Under the pieces are notes generated by a model. That model saw only the letters and a program-made list of their open reading frames with translations, was not told the DNA's origin and did no database searches. This document shows positions 24,866 to 36,649 of a stretch of 64,000 nt of DNA, piece by piece; within the stretch, counting starts at the first letter, position 1, and each line of letters starts with the position of its first letter. A program made the position numbers and the translations under genes. The stretch spans positions 23,190,001 to 23,254,000 of the forward strand of contig CM052818.1 of NCBI GenBank assembly GCA_028534125.1. The letters are read 5' to 3'. The stretch is from Lama glama (Eukaryota).

Positions 24866-25419
24866 GCTGGTCCCAGTGTACCACTCACCCCCGGCATTGA
24901 AAGAGCTCCTTGTCTGTGTCCCCTGCTACCTAGTCATTCTTGGAGGCTCTGTTTCAAACGTTTAAATGATTTCAGAAAAAAAAAAAACAAAAAAAAACAC
25001 CGTATTTCTAAGTAACATTAACCAGTTCCTTGAGGACTGGTCCCCTAACTCTGATTCCCAGTTCCCAGATGTTTCCCTTCCACTCGTGATGCTCCCACTA
25101 CCCAGAACCACACGCGGCTTTCTGAACAGATCAGGGCCCACTTGCACCTGGGCTTCTGTGTGTCTCTTCCTTCCAGTGCGTCGTCCCCCTTCCCAGGTTT
25201 GCTTGGCTAACCGCTAGCTTGTTCTCAAGACTCCTCAGCTGTCACCCCCACATGGCAATCCCAATCTAGCTGGGAGTCCGTTTCCTGGACTCCCATAACC
25301 CCTCATGCCTCCCTCTCTCTGCAGCACAAACCACAGAGCCTTGTAACTGTGTCCTTGTCTATTTTGCTTCTGGCCCCTGAGCTCTTGCTGGAAGAAGTGT
25401 CTTTCATGCCCTTGGCTTC

Positions 25420-25770
25420 ATTTAGAAGCTTTTGATAAAGATTTATTGATCGAAAGGCCAATGATTCCAGCTTGATATGGTATGCAGATTTAGTAAGCAT
25501 GCCATCAATATCCTTACCTATATCATTCATAAAAAGTTTGAACAGAGCAAGACAAGAGCGAACCCTGAAGCATGTTTGTGTCTTCTAACAACATTTTCTT
25601 TTAACATTCCTTCTTGCCCGTTACAAGCAATTTCACCAAGAGCTTGAAGAAATATAGATAAGCCATGTCTACTTCCTTTCCCTAATCTAGCAGGGTAGAG
25701 GGTCTCGGAACAAAAAGTGGAATTAACTTGGCAGGACAGAGGAGCCTTAGTGAACCCACTCTACACCCGG
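25420..25770 (-). mobile_element. L3/CR1 LINE reverse-transcriptase remnant (may extend to about 26000)
   Basis: Minus-strand translation gives colinear degenerate CR1 RT motifs: SGFTKAPLSCQVN (~HGFTKGKSCQTN), LD*GKEVDMAYLYFFK (~VDEGKAVDVVYLDFSK), MLQGS (~VPQGS), LFKLFMNDIGKDIDGMLTKSAYHIKL (~LFNIFINDLDEGIEGMLIKFADDTKL). Confidence 0.8.
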
Positions 25771-26604
25771 AGATCCTGGACTTCCTTTCCAAGAACCCCA
25801 GATGCACTTTAAAGAGACATGTCATCTCCAGTCAGCCTCGCGTGGTTTTCCCATTATACCCCGGCCCCAGGCCTCATTTCCTGAGGTGTGTCTGGGGATT
25901 TCCAAATCCAAAGGGGTTCCTTTTGGTTTGAGTGTTATGCTCAGGATCTGTCAGTTTCTTCTCAAGAATGAGATGTTTCTAGACAAAGAGCTCATAAATC
26001 ACACCCTGCTCCCACAGCTGAGCTCTGGGTGTCTCCTGATGCCTCTGAAGGAGAGGAAAAAGCACTTTGGAAAAAGCTGGTGATGGCTTTTAGGTAAAGG
26101 GAAAGTAGTGGGAAAGGTAGGAGTGGGGCAGCGAGAAGTTCTGGAAGGAGCAAAGCTTGAACTTGGAGTCAGAAGAGCTGGGTATTGGTCCTGATTCTTC
26201 TAGCTCTTTTCTGTGTGACCTTGAATGAGCCTCTTTCCTGCTGTATTCTTAGTTTCACCACCTGGGGAAGGAGGGGATTAGAAGAGTCCAAAGATTTAAA
26301 ATTTTTTTCCCAAAGGAAATCTTTGATCAGTGGTTTTTAATCATTTTAGGAGTCACAAGCTATTCTGGGAGGAACCTGATGATACTATGGGAACTTACCC
26401 TGAAAATACACACACGCACACATGCACGCATGCTGAAAATCTGTTCCAGAATTTTGCCTGAGATTGATAGTCTACAGTTACCAGTATCAGTCTTTTCTGT
26501 TTGAAAAAGCTAACTCTTTCTGCTCAGCTACTGAAATCTAGCGTCCCTCCCGACCTTCATGATGCACCAAATCTACTGGACTATTTCATCTACCATTTTG
26601 GCAA

Positions 26605-26725
26605 AACAGACAATCCAGGACAATTTCAAGATCCTTAATTTAATCATATCTGCAAAGACCCTTTCTGCAAATAAGGTCAAATTCACAGGTTCAGGGGTTA
26701 GGACATATCTTTTGAGAGGGCCACC
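26605..26725 (-). mobile_element. MLT1A/B-like LTR fragment
   Basis: 'aagatccttaatttaatcatatctgcaaagaccctttctgcaaataaggtcaaattcacaggttcaggggttaggac'. Confidence 0.7.
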
Positions 26726-27639
26726 AGGTGACATGCTACAGAATAGTAAGCTAGTCTAGGAAAATGTTTTTTCATTCATCAGAAATATAAAGCTGTTAGA
26801 ATTTGGTTCTTACTAAGGTGAAGTCAAAATGGAAATTCTCCCCTGCCAGGAACATACCCAGTTATAAATGCACCATACATTTTTGAGGTGAAATATGATT
26901 TAATCAGACATCCTGTGTTTGCAGAGAACATATTTCCTTCTCCCCTGATCCACATACATGTTCAGGTTGTTCCCAACCCAAGGACATTTCTGTCTTCGCA
27001 GTTACTGCTTTAGTGGTAGTTCTCTCTCTTTCCTCTTGCTGCCAAAGAAAGGTGGTTGGTGCCCCTGCTCTTGCACCCTACCCTGCCACTATCCCATTAA
27101 AACAGCCCTTTGCAAGGTCACCAACATCTCCGTGTGAATTGCTGCATTCTGAAACAACTTGATCAGGTGCCATGGCTTGACCAGCATGTAGTGGCTCCCT
27201 CCAGTCCTCACAAGTGGTCCTGGAGTCTCTTAGAGACCTGACACTCCACTGTATCACAAGTAGTCTTTGTTCAGCATTATTTCCCCTGAACATCCTAGCA
27301 CAGCGCCTGGCACACAGAGGAGGAGGGAAGGGTAATGACTACTTGAGTGGCATCCATGTTCCAGTCCCCATGCTGGGCATATTGATGTTTCACTTATTTT
27401 CATTACCTTTACTTAATCCTTACAGCAACCTGAGATATAGATTATGCTCACCACCCCCTCCTTTTATAATCAATTGGAAAACAGAAGATCCAACCAATTG
27501 GGAAATAGAAGCTGAAGTAACTTGCTCAAGATTCCACTGTTAATTGTTAAGAGCTGTGCTTAGACCTAAAGTTTGTCTGTTTCTCCTTCAAGTCCATACT
27601 TTCTTCTAAGGTTTTCTGTCTCAGGATTACTTGGGGGGC

Positions 27640-28940
27640 AGAGACTCAATTATTTCTCAAATAGAATTGAACTGAGAGCACCTTCCTTTTGAAGCTCTGT
27701 CTTCCATTAACTACTGATACTCCATTTTCTTGATTCTTCTCTCTTTTTTCCTGCTGCCTTTTTCCTAGTTTCTTATCCTTGAATTCTGTCCTCACCCCTC
27801 TTCTCTCCATCCTCTCTCTTGCCCACGTCCTCTGGTCAGACAATTTCAGTGGTTACTTCTTAGAGGATGATGTCACATGGAAGATTGCAAGTTGGCTCTC
27901 TGGTCCAAGCCCCAGTCTAGTTTCTATCATTGTCTACCAGATCGCTCCAGCCAGGTGTCTTGCTAGGATTTCAGTCTCAGCATAGCCCATCATCTTCTTG
28001 TCTTCTCTTCAGACCATCTTTCCTTGAATTTCTATCTTCTTAGTCACTCATACTTTAACCCCCGGGGGGGCTGTCATCTTCGTGTCTTTCCTATTTCTCA
28101 CTCCTTTTAGGTCACCCAGCAAACACTATTGTGTACTTCCTGTGTGTCGAGCACCACGCCAGTGAACAATACAGAGTCACTATCCTCAGGAGCGTATGTT
28201 CTCACTGGAATCTTGATACCAACTCAGCTGTGTCCCACCCTTTGCCTTGTCACTGCCATTTTCCTAGTCCGGGTCCTGGTTGGACCATGCCTGGAGTATT
28301 GCCATAGCCTCTGGTCTCCATACAGTCCCCGCTCTCCCTATCCCTTGAGGATAACATAACAAATAATTATATTTTACCCTCTGTGTGAAAAGGCTGATGA
28401 GCACATTTGTCTCTTTCATGGTTCCTTGGGAAACCTCTAGTCCCTTGAAGAAATGTGGAACTCATTCTGTTCCTTTTGGTAGCATATCTACTAGCCGCTT
28501 CTTGGGTGGATTGTCTCTTCATCCACCTTATATTGACTCTGGTGAGCTTCAATTTTAAATGGTTACACTGGTCCCATGTATTGGCCAATTCAGATTGCAT
28601 TTATAAAGGATCCTAAACAAATACCTTCTTCCAGCTGTCTCCCCTTGCAGAATTCTACCTACCCTTTGAGGCCCTGTTCAAGTGCCTGCTCCACTGTGAA
28701 GTCTTTCTGGATGGCCTTCACACCAACGGACTGCACTTTTCCATCTGCAGAACTTTCCGTTGGTGCCCCTTTGGTGGGACGCTAATCGCACTGTGCCATG
28801 TCACATAGATTTATTTCTTCCGTGAGAAGGCAAGCTCCTTGAGGGCAAGGAACGGCACTTTGCTCATTTTTAATCTCCTGGCTGCCTAGCATGGTGCTTT
28901 TCCATAGCAGCTGCTAAATAAATGTTGAGTGAGTTAAATG
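27640..28940 (+). mobile_element. Fragmented L2 LINE
   Basis: Pyrimidine-rich L2-like body ending in 'aagctccttgagggcaaggaac...gcctagcatggtgc...taaataaatgttgagtgagttaaatg', an L2 3' tail. Confidence 0.6.
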
Positions 28941-29695
28941 TGTTTTCTGTTGGTCTCCGTTCTTTCCGTTTTTCAGTCCTTGCCTTAATAGCCTGCTGCT
29001 TTCTTCTTGCCTTTGTGCTGGTGCCACTTTCACGTTCACAGAATGCTGTCTCCTCCAGAACTTGCAGATTCCAAGTCCAGTGTTTCCTAGACTAGGCTGG
29101 TCATCAGAAATAGCTGGTAGTTTTTAAAAATTATTTTTACTTAAAAATTAAATTGGGGTACATCATACAAGTAGTGAAGGATACAAATCTAAAGTGTACA
29201 GCTGGGTGGATTTTTATACCCTTGTAACTACCATCCATAATAAAATGTAGAACATTTCTATAGAAATATAGAAATTCGAATACACAGAACATCTCCTTAT
29301 ACCTGCTACAACTTGAAACCAACCCCCTAAAGGGAATTGCTATTCTGCTTTAGCTCATAACGGATTAGTCTTGCTTGTTTAAAAGTTCATATTCTTAGTA
29401 TTTGTGTCTGGCTCCTTTCTTTCAACATTCTGTCTTTGAGATTCATCCATGCTGCTGTGGGTATGTTTTCTTTTTCATTGTTGTGTAGTATTCCGTGATA
29501 GAAATCTAGCACTGCATATTCAGGCTACTGTAGATAGGCATTTGAGTTGTTCCTAGTTTTTGACTATTACAAATAAAATTGCTATGAAAAATCATGTGTG
29601 TGTGTATATATGTGCACAAAGAAGCATGTTACATGGATATTTACTACAGCCTTATTTGTAATGGGAAAATACATATGTATTTGGTGGACATATGC

Positions 29696-30246
29696 TGTAT
29701 TGCTCAGAGTTCTCCAGAGAAACAGAGTCAATAGAGTGTGTGTATGTGTGTGTGTGTGTGTGTGTGTAGACAGATTTATTATAAGGAACTGTCTCACATG
29801 ATTGTGGAGGTTAAGTCCCAGGATTGGTGTTTGCAGGCTGAAGACCCAGAAGCTGAGCTGACGGTGAGGTCCAGTCTGAGTCTGAAGTCCTGAGAACCAG
29901 GAGGGCTGATAGTGTAAGTTCCAGTGACAGTGCTAGCAGGCTTAAGACCCAGAAAGAGCTGATGTTTTGATTCGAGTCCAAAGGCAGAAAAAACCTGATG
30001 CGCTGGTTCAGGACAGGCAGGCAAAAAGTGTTTCATCTTACTCAGCCCTTTTGTTTTGTTCAGGTCTTCAACCGACTAGATGGGGCCCACCTACACTGGG
30101 GAGGGCAATCTGCATTCCTCAGTTTACTAATTCAATTGTTAATCTCATCCAAAAACACTGTCACAGACCCACCCGGAATAATGTTTGATCAAATCTCTGG
30201 ACAACCCATGGCCCCATCAAGTTGACACCTAAAATTAGCCATCACG
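29696..30246 (-). mobile_element. MLT2 (ERVL) solo LTR with internal (TG)n
   Basis: Starts 'tgtattgctcagagttctccagagaaacagag' and ends 'aagttgacacctaaaattagccatcacg'. Perfect 5-bp TSD tatgc at 29691-29695 and 30247-30251. Confidence 0.9.
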
Positions 30247-30470
30247 TATGCATTCGTTTCTGTGGGGTATGCATTTCCATGGGGTATATATGGTCATTTG
30301 ATCAGACTACATTTAGCTTTAGTAATTACTACTAGTTTTCCAATGTGATTGTACCAATTCACACTCCCACTAGCAATGTGCTTAGAATTCTACTGGCTCT
30401 ACAGTCTTACCAGCACTTGGTATGGTCATTCTTTTTCATTTTAGCCTTCCTGATGGATGTGCTGTGGTCT

Positions 30471-30654
30471 CAGTGATGTGCTGGAGCCAGCCTGTGTGTC
30501 TTGTGAGAGTCCAATGTATACATCTCTCCCCAACTCTGCAATCAGCGATGTCACATTGATAGCTTGAAACTAGCCATGGTGGGAGGATTTACACCAAAGA
30601 AGTGCTTTTTTATTCCTGGGAAGTTGTTGTTAAATATTTACCATATACTACTAG
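30471..30654. mobile_element. MER63-like hAT-Blackjack DNA transposon fossil
   Basis: 'cagtgatgtgctggagccagc...gcttgaaactagccatggtgggaggatttacacc...gttgttaaatatttaccatatactact' matches recalled MER63A termini. Confidence 0.75.
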
Positions 30655-30913
30655 CAATGGTATCTCATTGTGGTTTTAATTTACTTTCTCTGATGGGTTA
30701 TGGGTAAACATCTTTTCATGTGTGTACTGGTCACTCATTTATCTTTGTGAAGTATCTATGTCCTTTTTTTTTTTTTCTTTTGAGTTGTTGGTTTTTTCTT
30801 TTTCTTGTTGATTTGTAAGAGTTCTTTATATATTCTGGTCTGAGTTCTTTGCAGAATATATATATTGCAAATATCTTCTCCCAGTCTGTTGCCTGGCTTT
30901 TCATTCCCTTTTA

Positions 30914-31234
30914 TATATATATATAAATTGACATATAGTCAGTTTACAATGTTGTGTCAATTTCTGGTGTACAGCCCAATGCTTCAGTCATACATGAACA
31001 TACATATATTCATTTTCATATTCTTTTTCACCATTAGTTACTGCAAAATATTGAATATAGTTCCCTGTGCTATATAGTATGAACTTGTTTATCTATTTTA
31101 TATATATTAGTATCTGCAAATCTTGAACTCCCAATTTATCCCTTCCAACCTCCTTCCCTCCTGGTAACTGTAAGTTTGTTTTCTATGTCTGTGAGTCTGT
31201 TTCTGTTTTGTAAATAAATTTATTTTTTTTTAGA
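30914..31234 (-). mobile_element. Young L1 3' UTR fragment (same family as 19834-21439)
   Basis: Closely similar to 19870-20200. TSD ttcattccctttta (30900-30913) / tttattccttttta (31235-31248), 12/14 identical. Confidence 0.85.
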
Positions 31235-31451
31235 TTTATTCCTTTTTAATGGGTAGACATTTACAATTTTGATTGAAGTACAATATATCAAGCTTTTTCT
31301 CGTATTGAATAGTGCTTTTTATGTTCTCCTTAAGAAATGTTTACCCTAACAGCGTGAGTATTTTAAAAGAAGCCTGATTTTTGAGTTTATTGAATCAGAT
31401 TTTTGAGTGTGGGATCCAGGGTTCTGTATATTTTTAAACTCCCTTAAGTGC

Positions 31452-32080
31452 AGATGGCTTTGAAACACATTAAAAGTTTCTCAGCCTTATTTGTAATGAG
31501 TGAAACAAAAGTTACAACCACAATGAAATGTTATTTTCCTCATCTATCAAATTAAATTAATGTGGATCAAAAAGTTGTAAAACAACACACTGTGTTGGCC
31601 GAGGATGTGAGGCACTCTCCAACATTGTTGATGTCTGGGTAAATAAGTGTAACCTTTATGAAGAGCAATTTAGCAATATGCACTGGACCAAAAATACATC
31701 CACATGCCCTTTGATCTGCCTGGCAGTCCTACTTCTAGGAACATACCCTATTGGGACTCAGAAAAGTGCACAAAGAGGCATGTTACATGGATATTTACTA
31801 CAGCCTTATTTGTAATGGGAAAAGATGGGGAATTTCCACCAGTAGCCATACAATAGAGTACTAAGAAATCAGTAAAAAGGAGACAGTTCTAGATGTACAA
31901 ATATGGAGTGACTTACAAGTTAGATGGTTAAATGTAAAAGGGACATCGTAGAACACTGTTTAATTTCTTACCAAATAGGTAAATATGGGTAGTTTACATG
32001 CATGTACATATATATGAATGTCTGTGTGTGTATCTATACCTATACCTGCTGGTGTATTCTGACATATTTATTGAAGGAAA
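31452..32080 (+). mobile_element. Ancient L1ME-like ORF2-end/3' UTR fragment
   Basis: 'cagatggctttgaaacacattaaaagtttctcagcc...acaaccacaatgaaatgttattt...gtgttggccgaggatgtgagg' is a degenerate L1 ORF2 C-terminus. Confidence 0.7.
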
Positions 32081-34059
32081 AAAGAAATCCGGCCATGATG
32101 GCAGCCATGGGGGTGCCTTTTCTGTATTGTGGGCCTTTATATACCATGGGCTTGTGTTACCTTCCTTTTTTCAGAGCTCCCCCGGTGATTTGGGTGACCA
32201 TCATCTAACTCAGAGGAGACTGAGCTCTCAGACTTGGGGTCGAAGCAGGGATTGCTCAGGGCTCGTTCCCTCCCAAGAGTCAGTCTCGTCCCATCTTGTC
32301 CCTCTTCCTGTCTTGGCTTGGCCCCTGACTCTCAGAACCAGTTTGTCCTGCACACTTTCTGCCATCTGCCAGGACCCTCAGCAAACCAGGGGCTGTACTT
32401 CCCTTTGGAGGACCTGGGTGGGAGGGAGAAGCAGCCCCACGTGCTGGCCCCCAGCCCCTCCCGCCTGCCCTCCTGAGGGTGATCTATGGCTTGTCAGAGG
32501 TGTGGTTCTCACCACTCGCTGAATAGAAAGTGTCTTTGTTCTTAGGAGTGAAAATAACCTGAAGATAAATGTTGGGGCTGGAGGAGCCCAGGGAATGTCG
32601 GGCTCCAACTGCCCCGAACTCCTCCTTGGAAGCTAAAGGTCTGAGACTGAGGGAGACAGAAGTGGCTCTTGAGGGAACAGAGTGGCCATGAGTCCTCCTG
32701 GGGCTGTGAGCTGTGGTCCCTGGAAGGTGGCCATGGGCTCTTCTGAAATGCAGCCCAGCTCCCGACACCTGCCTTCGTGGTCAGTGACCTCTGTCAACCC
32801 GAGGAAACTGCCTGTCCCTCGTCACTCATTGGTTATGACACCACCAACCTCCTCTTGTTCCTCCTTGCCTGGAGACTGCCCTCTGCACACCCAAACCAGC
32901 TCCTTTTTATCTTCTCTCTCCCGTTTGACTTCCCATCCCCCTTGCCTCCTCCTTGCCCCACAGAGCCTGCATTTCATTTCTCTGGTTGCTGTCAGGCAAG
33001 GGCAGGACCCAGCTCTGCACCTGGGCTGCAAACCCATAAAGTTCAGGATATGACTTCCTTGGACCATAACCTCCTCCCTTCCCTAATCCGGCCTAGGCAG
33101 GACCAAGCTGGAGGATGCTGGAGCTGCCAGGAGAAGGGAAAGGGGCAGGAGGTGGGGGGGTGGGGAGATTTGTTTCTGCTGTTAGTCTCAGAATAAAACC
33201 ACAGACAAGATTTGAGGCTGATTAGTTTTCACTCTTATTCCTAAGTGTCTATTTTCATCCAGGAACTCTGGGAGGTGGCCTGAGACCTTCCAAGAACCCC
33301 AGAGGGAAAGAAACTCGTGAGGGACAAAGGTGACAAGTGCATCAGAGTCCTCTAGGAAAGTCTGAGGCTGTGCTGTCCCTACCCAAACCCCAGCCCTGGC
33401 TCAGAGAAGAGGAACTTGGGGGCCTCAGACGTTGGGGCCGTGGAAAGGACTTGAGAGAAATCCTCACGGGCCCCGTGCTTCTCCCTTGATGGGCACGGTT
33501 TGTCTGGGTGTGGTCTGCGGGGAGGAGTAGGAGGGGCTCGGAAGGACAGAGAGGAGGGAAATAGGGGGAACTGACAGGACACCATCCGTCCAGCCCTCCT
33601 GCTCTCTGGGTGAGGAAACAGAGGCACAGAGAAGCCCAGGACCATGTCTCTGACATGGAGATGAAGCAGCCCCTCTCCTGGGGCTTGTGCTTCTGTTTGT
33701 TCTTGCTGGCGCCTCATGGGGCCTAATGCGTGGGACATTAGATGAACAGGCTTTGCGACTGACGGGATGATAAGGACAAGACGCCCAAGGTGACAAGAGG
33801 CACCCTCCCAGTGCCCCTCTTCCCTCCCCACAGCAAGACCGGCACCTCTGCCCTGGAGCTTTCCCAGCGTCCTTTCAGGGCACCAGCACCGTGGACTCTA
33901 AAGGCAGAAATTGCCTGTTAGACCCTCTGTCCACAACTAGTCCCCCTCAAGTCTTCATCAGCTTTGCTTCTCTTTGACTCTGCTAGTCTGGACTCAATAA
34001 GTTTGAGGGTGAATCATGGTTTGGGATTTATATAAAGGAATAGGAGAAAAAAGGGATGA

Positions 34060-34260
34060 GAGTGACGACTTGTATCCTATATGCCAGACCCCAGGGTGGG
34101 CACTTAACCTCTGCGATCTTATTTAAGGCTCACAACAGCTCTTTGGAATAGATATTAGTGCTCCCATTTTGCTGAGCCTGCATGAGGCTCAGTGACTTGC
34201 CCAGGCTCACACAGCTGCGTAGCGGTGGATGGAGGCTGATTCCAGCTGTGTCTGGCTGTG
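34060..34260 (-). mobile_element. MIR SINE
   Basis: 'ctcccattttgctga...gaggctcagtgacttgcccaggctcacacagct'. Confidence 0.7.
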
Positions 34261-35426
34261 GACGTATGAGCATCACCATCAGAACCAGGTTGCCCCAGTG
34301 TGTGCTGGACGCTGCCTTGCTCTGTGTGTAAAGACTGTCAATGAGGACTTCAGGCCTGAAGTAATCTTGGGACAGGGTGTCGAGAGAGCACCCGGTCCTG
34401 CAGATGGAGCCGTAACAAGCCAATCAGAGCATGGCTAGATCCACCAGCCAAATTCCCCAGAGGATTCAACTACCCCACCCCCACCCCCTACCCCCCAACC
34501 TCTGCAGCCTTCTCCCACCTGCTTCTGACCCGGGCAGGGATTTCTCAGGGCTCCTTGCTGATTCGTGTTGCCCCTGGGCTGGCAATGGGCTGGCAATGGG
34601 CTGGCTTGTGCTCAGCTGCTCAATAATCCGTGAAGAAATCAATGCATTCCCACCTCTTCCCCTGGATTCAACCAGGACCCGCCAGCACGGGTCATAATCA
34701 CATCCGTGTGATTTGCCCATGCTGGGCAGAGGCGTGGGGGTAGGCTGGGAGCTTCAGGTTAAACTTTTCTAGACTAATAAACCATTCCTCACATTACAAG
34801 TCGACTGCCCTCACCTTTCCCCACCGCTCCCTCAGGACCATCCCCCACTCCTCCACTTTCCTCTCTCTTTCACAGAGGCTGACATCACATTCACATTCCC
34901 CCCCAAATCCTCCCAGTCTTCTTAGCTCCTGCTGTCGTCTGGAATTACACATCACAGAGGCTGTCTCCTGTCATTCCCTCCCACCCTCACCCCTGAGCGT
35001 CAAGACTCCCCAGCTCTGGTTCCTGGCTGGCCCGAGTCCCCCAGCTCAGCGTGGCCCAGCAGCGACGCAGCAGAGGGGGTCTGACCGACTCAGGAGTGTT
35101 TTCCATCACCAGGTCCAGGAGGGTAAAGGGATCGCTGGAAGAAAGTTCAGCTGGGGCTGTGTATGTCTGCTTGTATCTGTCTGTGTATGCGTGTGCCCGC
35201 ACGTGCGCGTGCAGCCTGCCTCGGAAAGACTGTCACGTGGAGGAGAGCTTTCTGAAGCCCTGATAGATGGGATGGGAAGGCACCTCGTTCAGTGGGAGAA
35301 GCTCGGGTTTTGGAGTCAGAAGACCTGGGTTCAGGTTCTGGTTCTGCCACTCCCAGGTGCTGTACTCTCGCCTGTCTCACCACAGAGGCCCCTCCCCTCG
35401 ACGTTCTCCTCTGTAAACCAGGGCTC

Positions 35427-36014
35427 TGTGTATTTCCCCCAAAAGGCCATAGCAGTATTTCCAGTCCCACACGCTCTCTGGAACCTTACTACTTCCCATT
35501 AAGCGGTGTTGTCTGTGTCCCCTCCCCTTGAACCTGGGCAGGTCTCTGTGACTGCCTCAACAAATAGAATGTGTCAGAAGTGACATTGTATGACTTCCTA
35601 GGCTAGGACATAAAAGGCATATGGCTTCCACTGGCTGGCTCTCAATCTCTCTCTTTTTCTCTCTCTGTCTCTGCCTCTCTCTGTCTCTCTCCTCTCTCTC
35701 TCCACCCCCACCCCAAATCCCTGACTGTGCTGTGAGGAGGCTCAGGCCACATAGAGTGGGCATGTGTAGGTTCTGGCTGAGTGTCCCAGCTAAGGTCTCA
35801 AGACAGCAGCCAGCATCAGTGGTGAATGGGAGCCCTCAGATTATTCTGACCCTCAGTCTTCAAGCCGCCCCAGCTGGTGCTGAATGGAGCCCAAAGGAAG
35901 GGCTTCCTCACGAAGCCCTGCCCAAGTTGCAGACTTGGGAGCAAAATTAATGTTATTGTTTTAAGTCACTAGGTTTTGGGGTGGTTAGTTATGCAGCACT
36001 AGATGTCTGCAACA
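35427..36014 (+). mobile_element. MLT1H-like solo LTR inserted in a MIR, with internal (CT)n
   Basis: TG...CA termini, 3' end 'ttgttttaagtcactaggttttggggtggttagttatgcagcactagatgtctgcaaca', TSD ggctc/ggatc. MIR halves lie at about 35290-35426 and 36020-36125. Confidence 0.85.
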
Positions 36015-36249
36015 GGATCTTAGTAGTAATATTTGGCTTGCAAAATTTGTGAGGGTTAAATCGAGAGATCATGTGGCAGTGCCTTGTGGAGCCCATGTGA
36101 GTATAGCACGTTGTCATCATCATTGCTATCAGAGCACATCCATGTGCACATACAAGATGTCAGTGTGTGTGTCTGTAATGTGGGTTAGATGCTCTCCACA
36201 CACCATTTCATCCTTATACCTTTTCCATGTGCCATGACCTCCTGCCCTC

Positions 36250-36374
36250 TTTTTTTTTAGGGGAGGAGGTAATTAGGTTTGTTTTTGTTTGTTTAAAATG
36301 GAGGTACTGGGGATTGAACCCAGGACCTTGTGCATGCTAGGCACGCACTCTACCATGGAGCTATGCCCTCCCCC
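36250..36374 (-). mobile_element. tRNA-derived camelid-type SINE (long form)
   Basis: Poly-T, tail 'ggggaggaggtaattaggttt' and antisense head 'gaggtactggggattgaacccaggaccttgtgcatgctaggcacgcactctacc'. Confidence 0.9.
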
Positions 36375-36649
36375 TGCCCCATCCTCTTTAATCTAGCTGG
36401 GGCAGGACTGCATTGGTGGTTAGAAGGATTAAATTAGGTTGATGTTCTCATTTTCACCAGTTTGCAAATGGGAAAACAGAGTCAAAACTAGTTTCAGTTT
36501 GGGTGGCGGTGGAATTTGAATCCAGGACTGGCTTGCTGCCAAGTTTTCATTCCTCTTTCTCCAGGAGCTAGAGCTGGGGCAGTCACCTACAGAAAATGGC
36601 GATACTACAGTATCTCAGCAGACCCTGACCTGGAAAAATCATCCTGCTT

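Larger units (their letters stand above)
29131..31345 (-). mobile_element. Old L1M element hosting MLT2, MER63-like and young L1 insertions
   Basis: Antisense L1 3' end ('aaattggggtacatcatacaagtagtgaaggatacaaatctaaagtgtacagc'). ORF2-end antisense sequence resumes after each insert. Confidence 0.8.
29078..31450. mobile_element. MER5-like hAT-Charlie fossil split into two halves (about 29078-29130 and 31355-31450) by nested insertions
   Basis: Left 'cagtgtttcctagactaggctggtcatcagaaatagctgg...tttaaaaa'. Right 'ttattgaatcagatttttgagtgtgggatccagggttctgtatatttttaaactccc'. Confidence 0.5.

Noticed and set aside
31482..31498. Third 17-bp match (cagccttatttgtaatg) to the 58-bp duplicated segment
   Set aside because: It sits where L1 ORF2 natively has similar sequence ('tcagcctcattagtaat'), so coincidence cannot be excluded. 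Not counted as a separate duplication.
31998..32522. Longest ORF in the window (174 aa)
   Set aside because: Starts in a TG/TA low-complexity L1 remnant, has no recognisable domain, and its length is expected by chance in GC-rich DNA.
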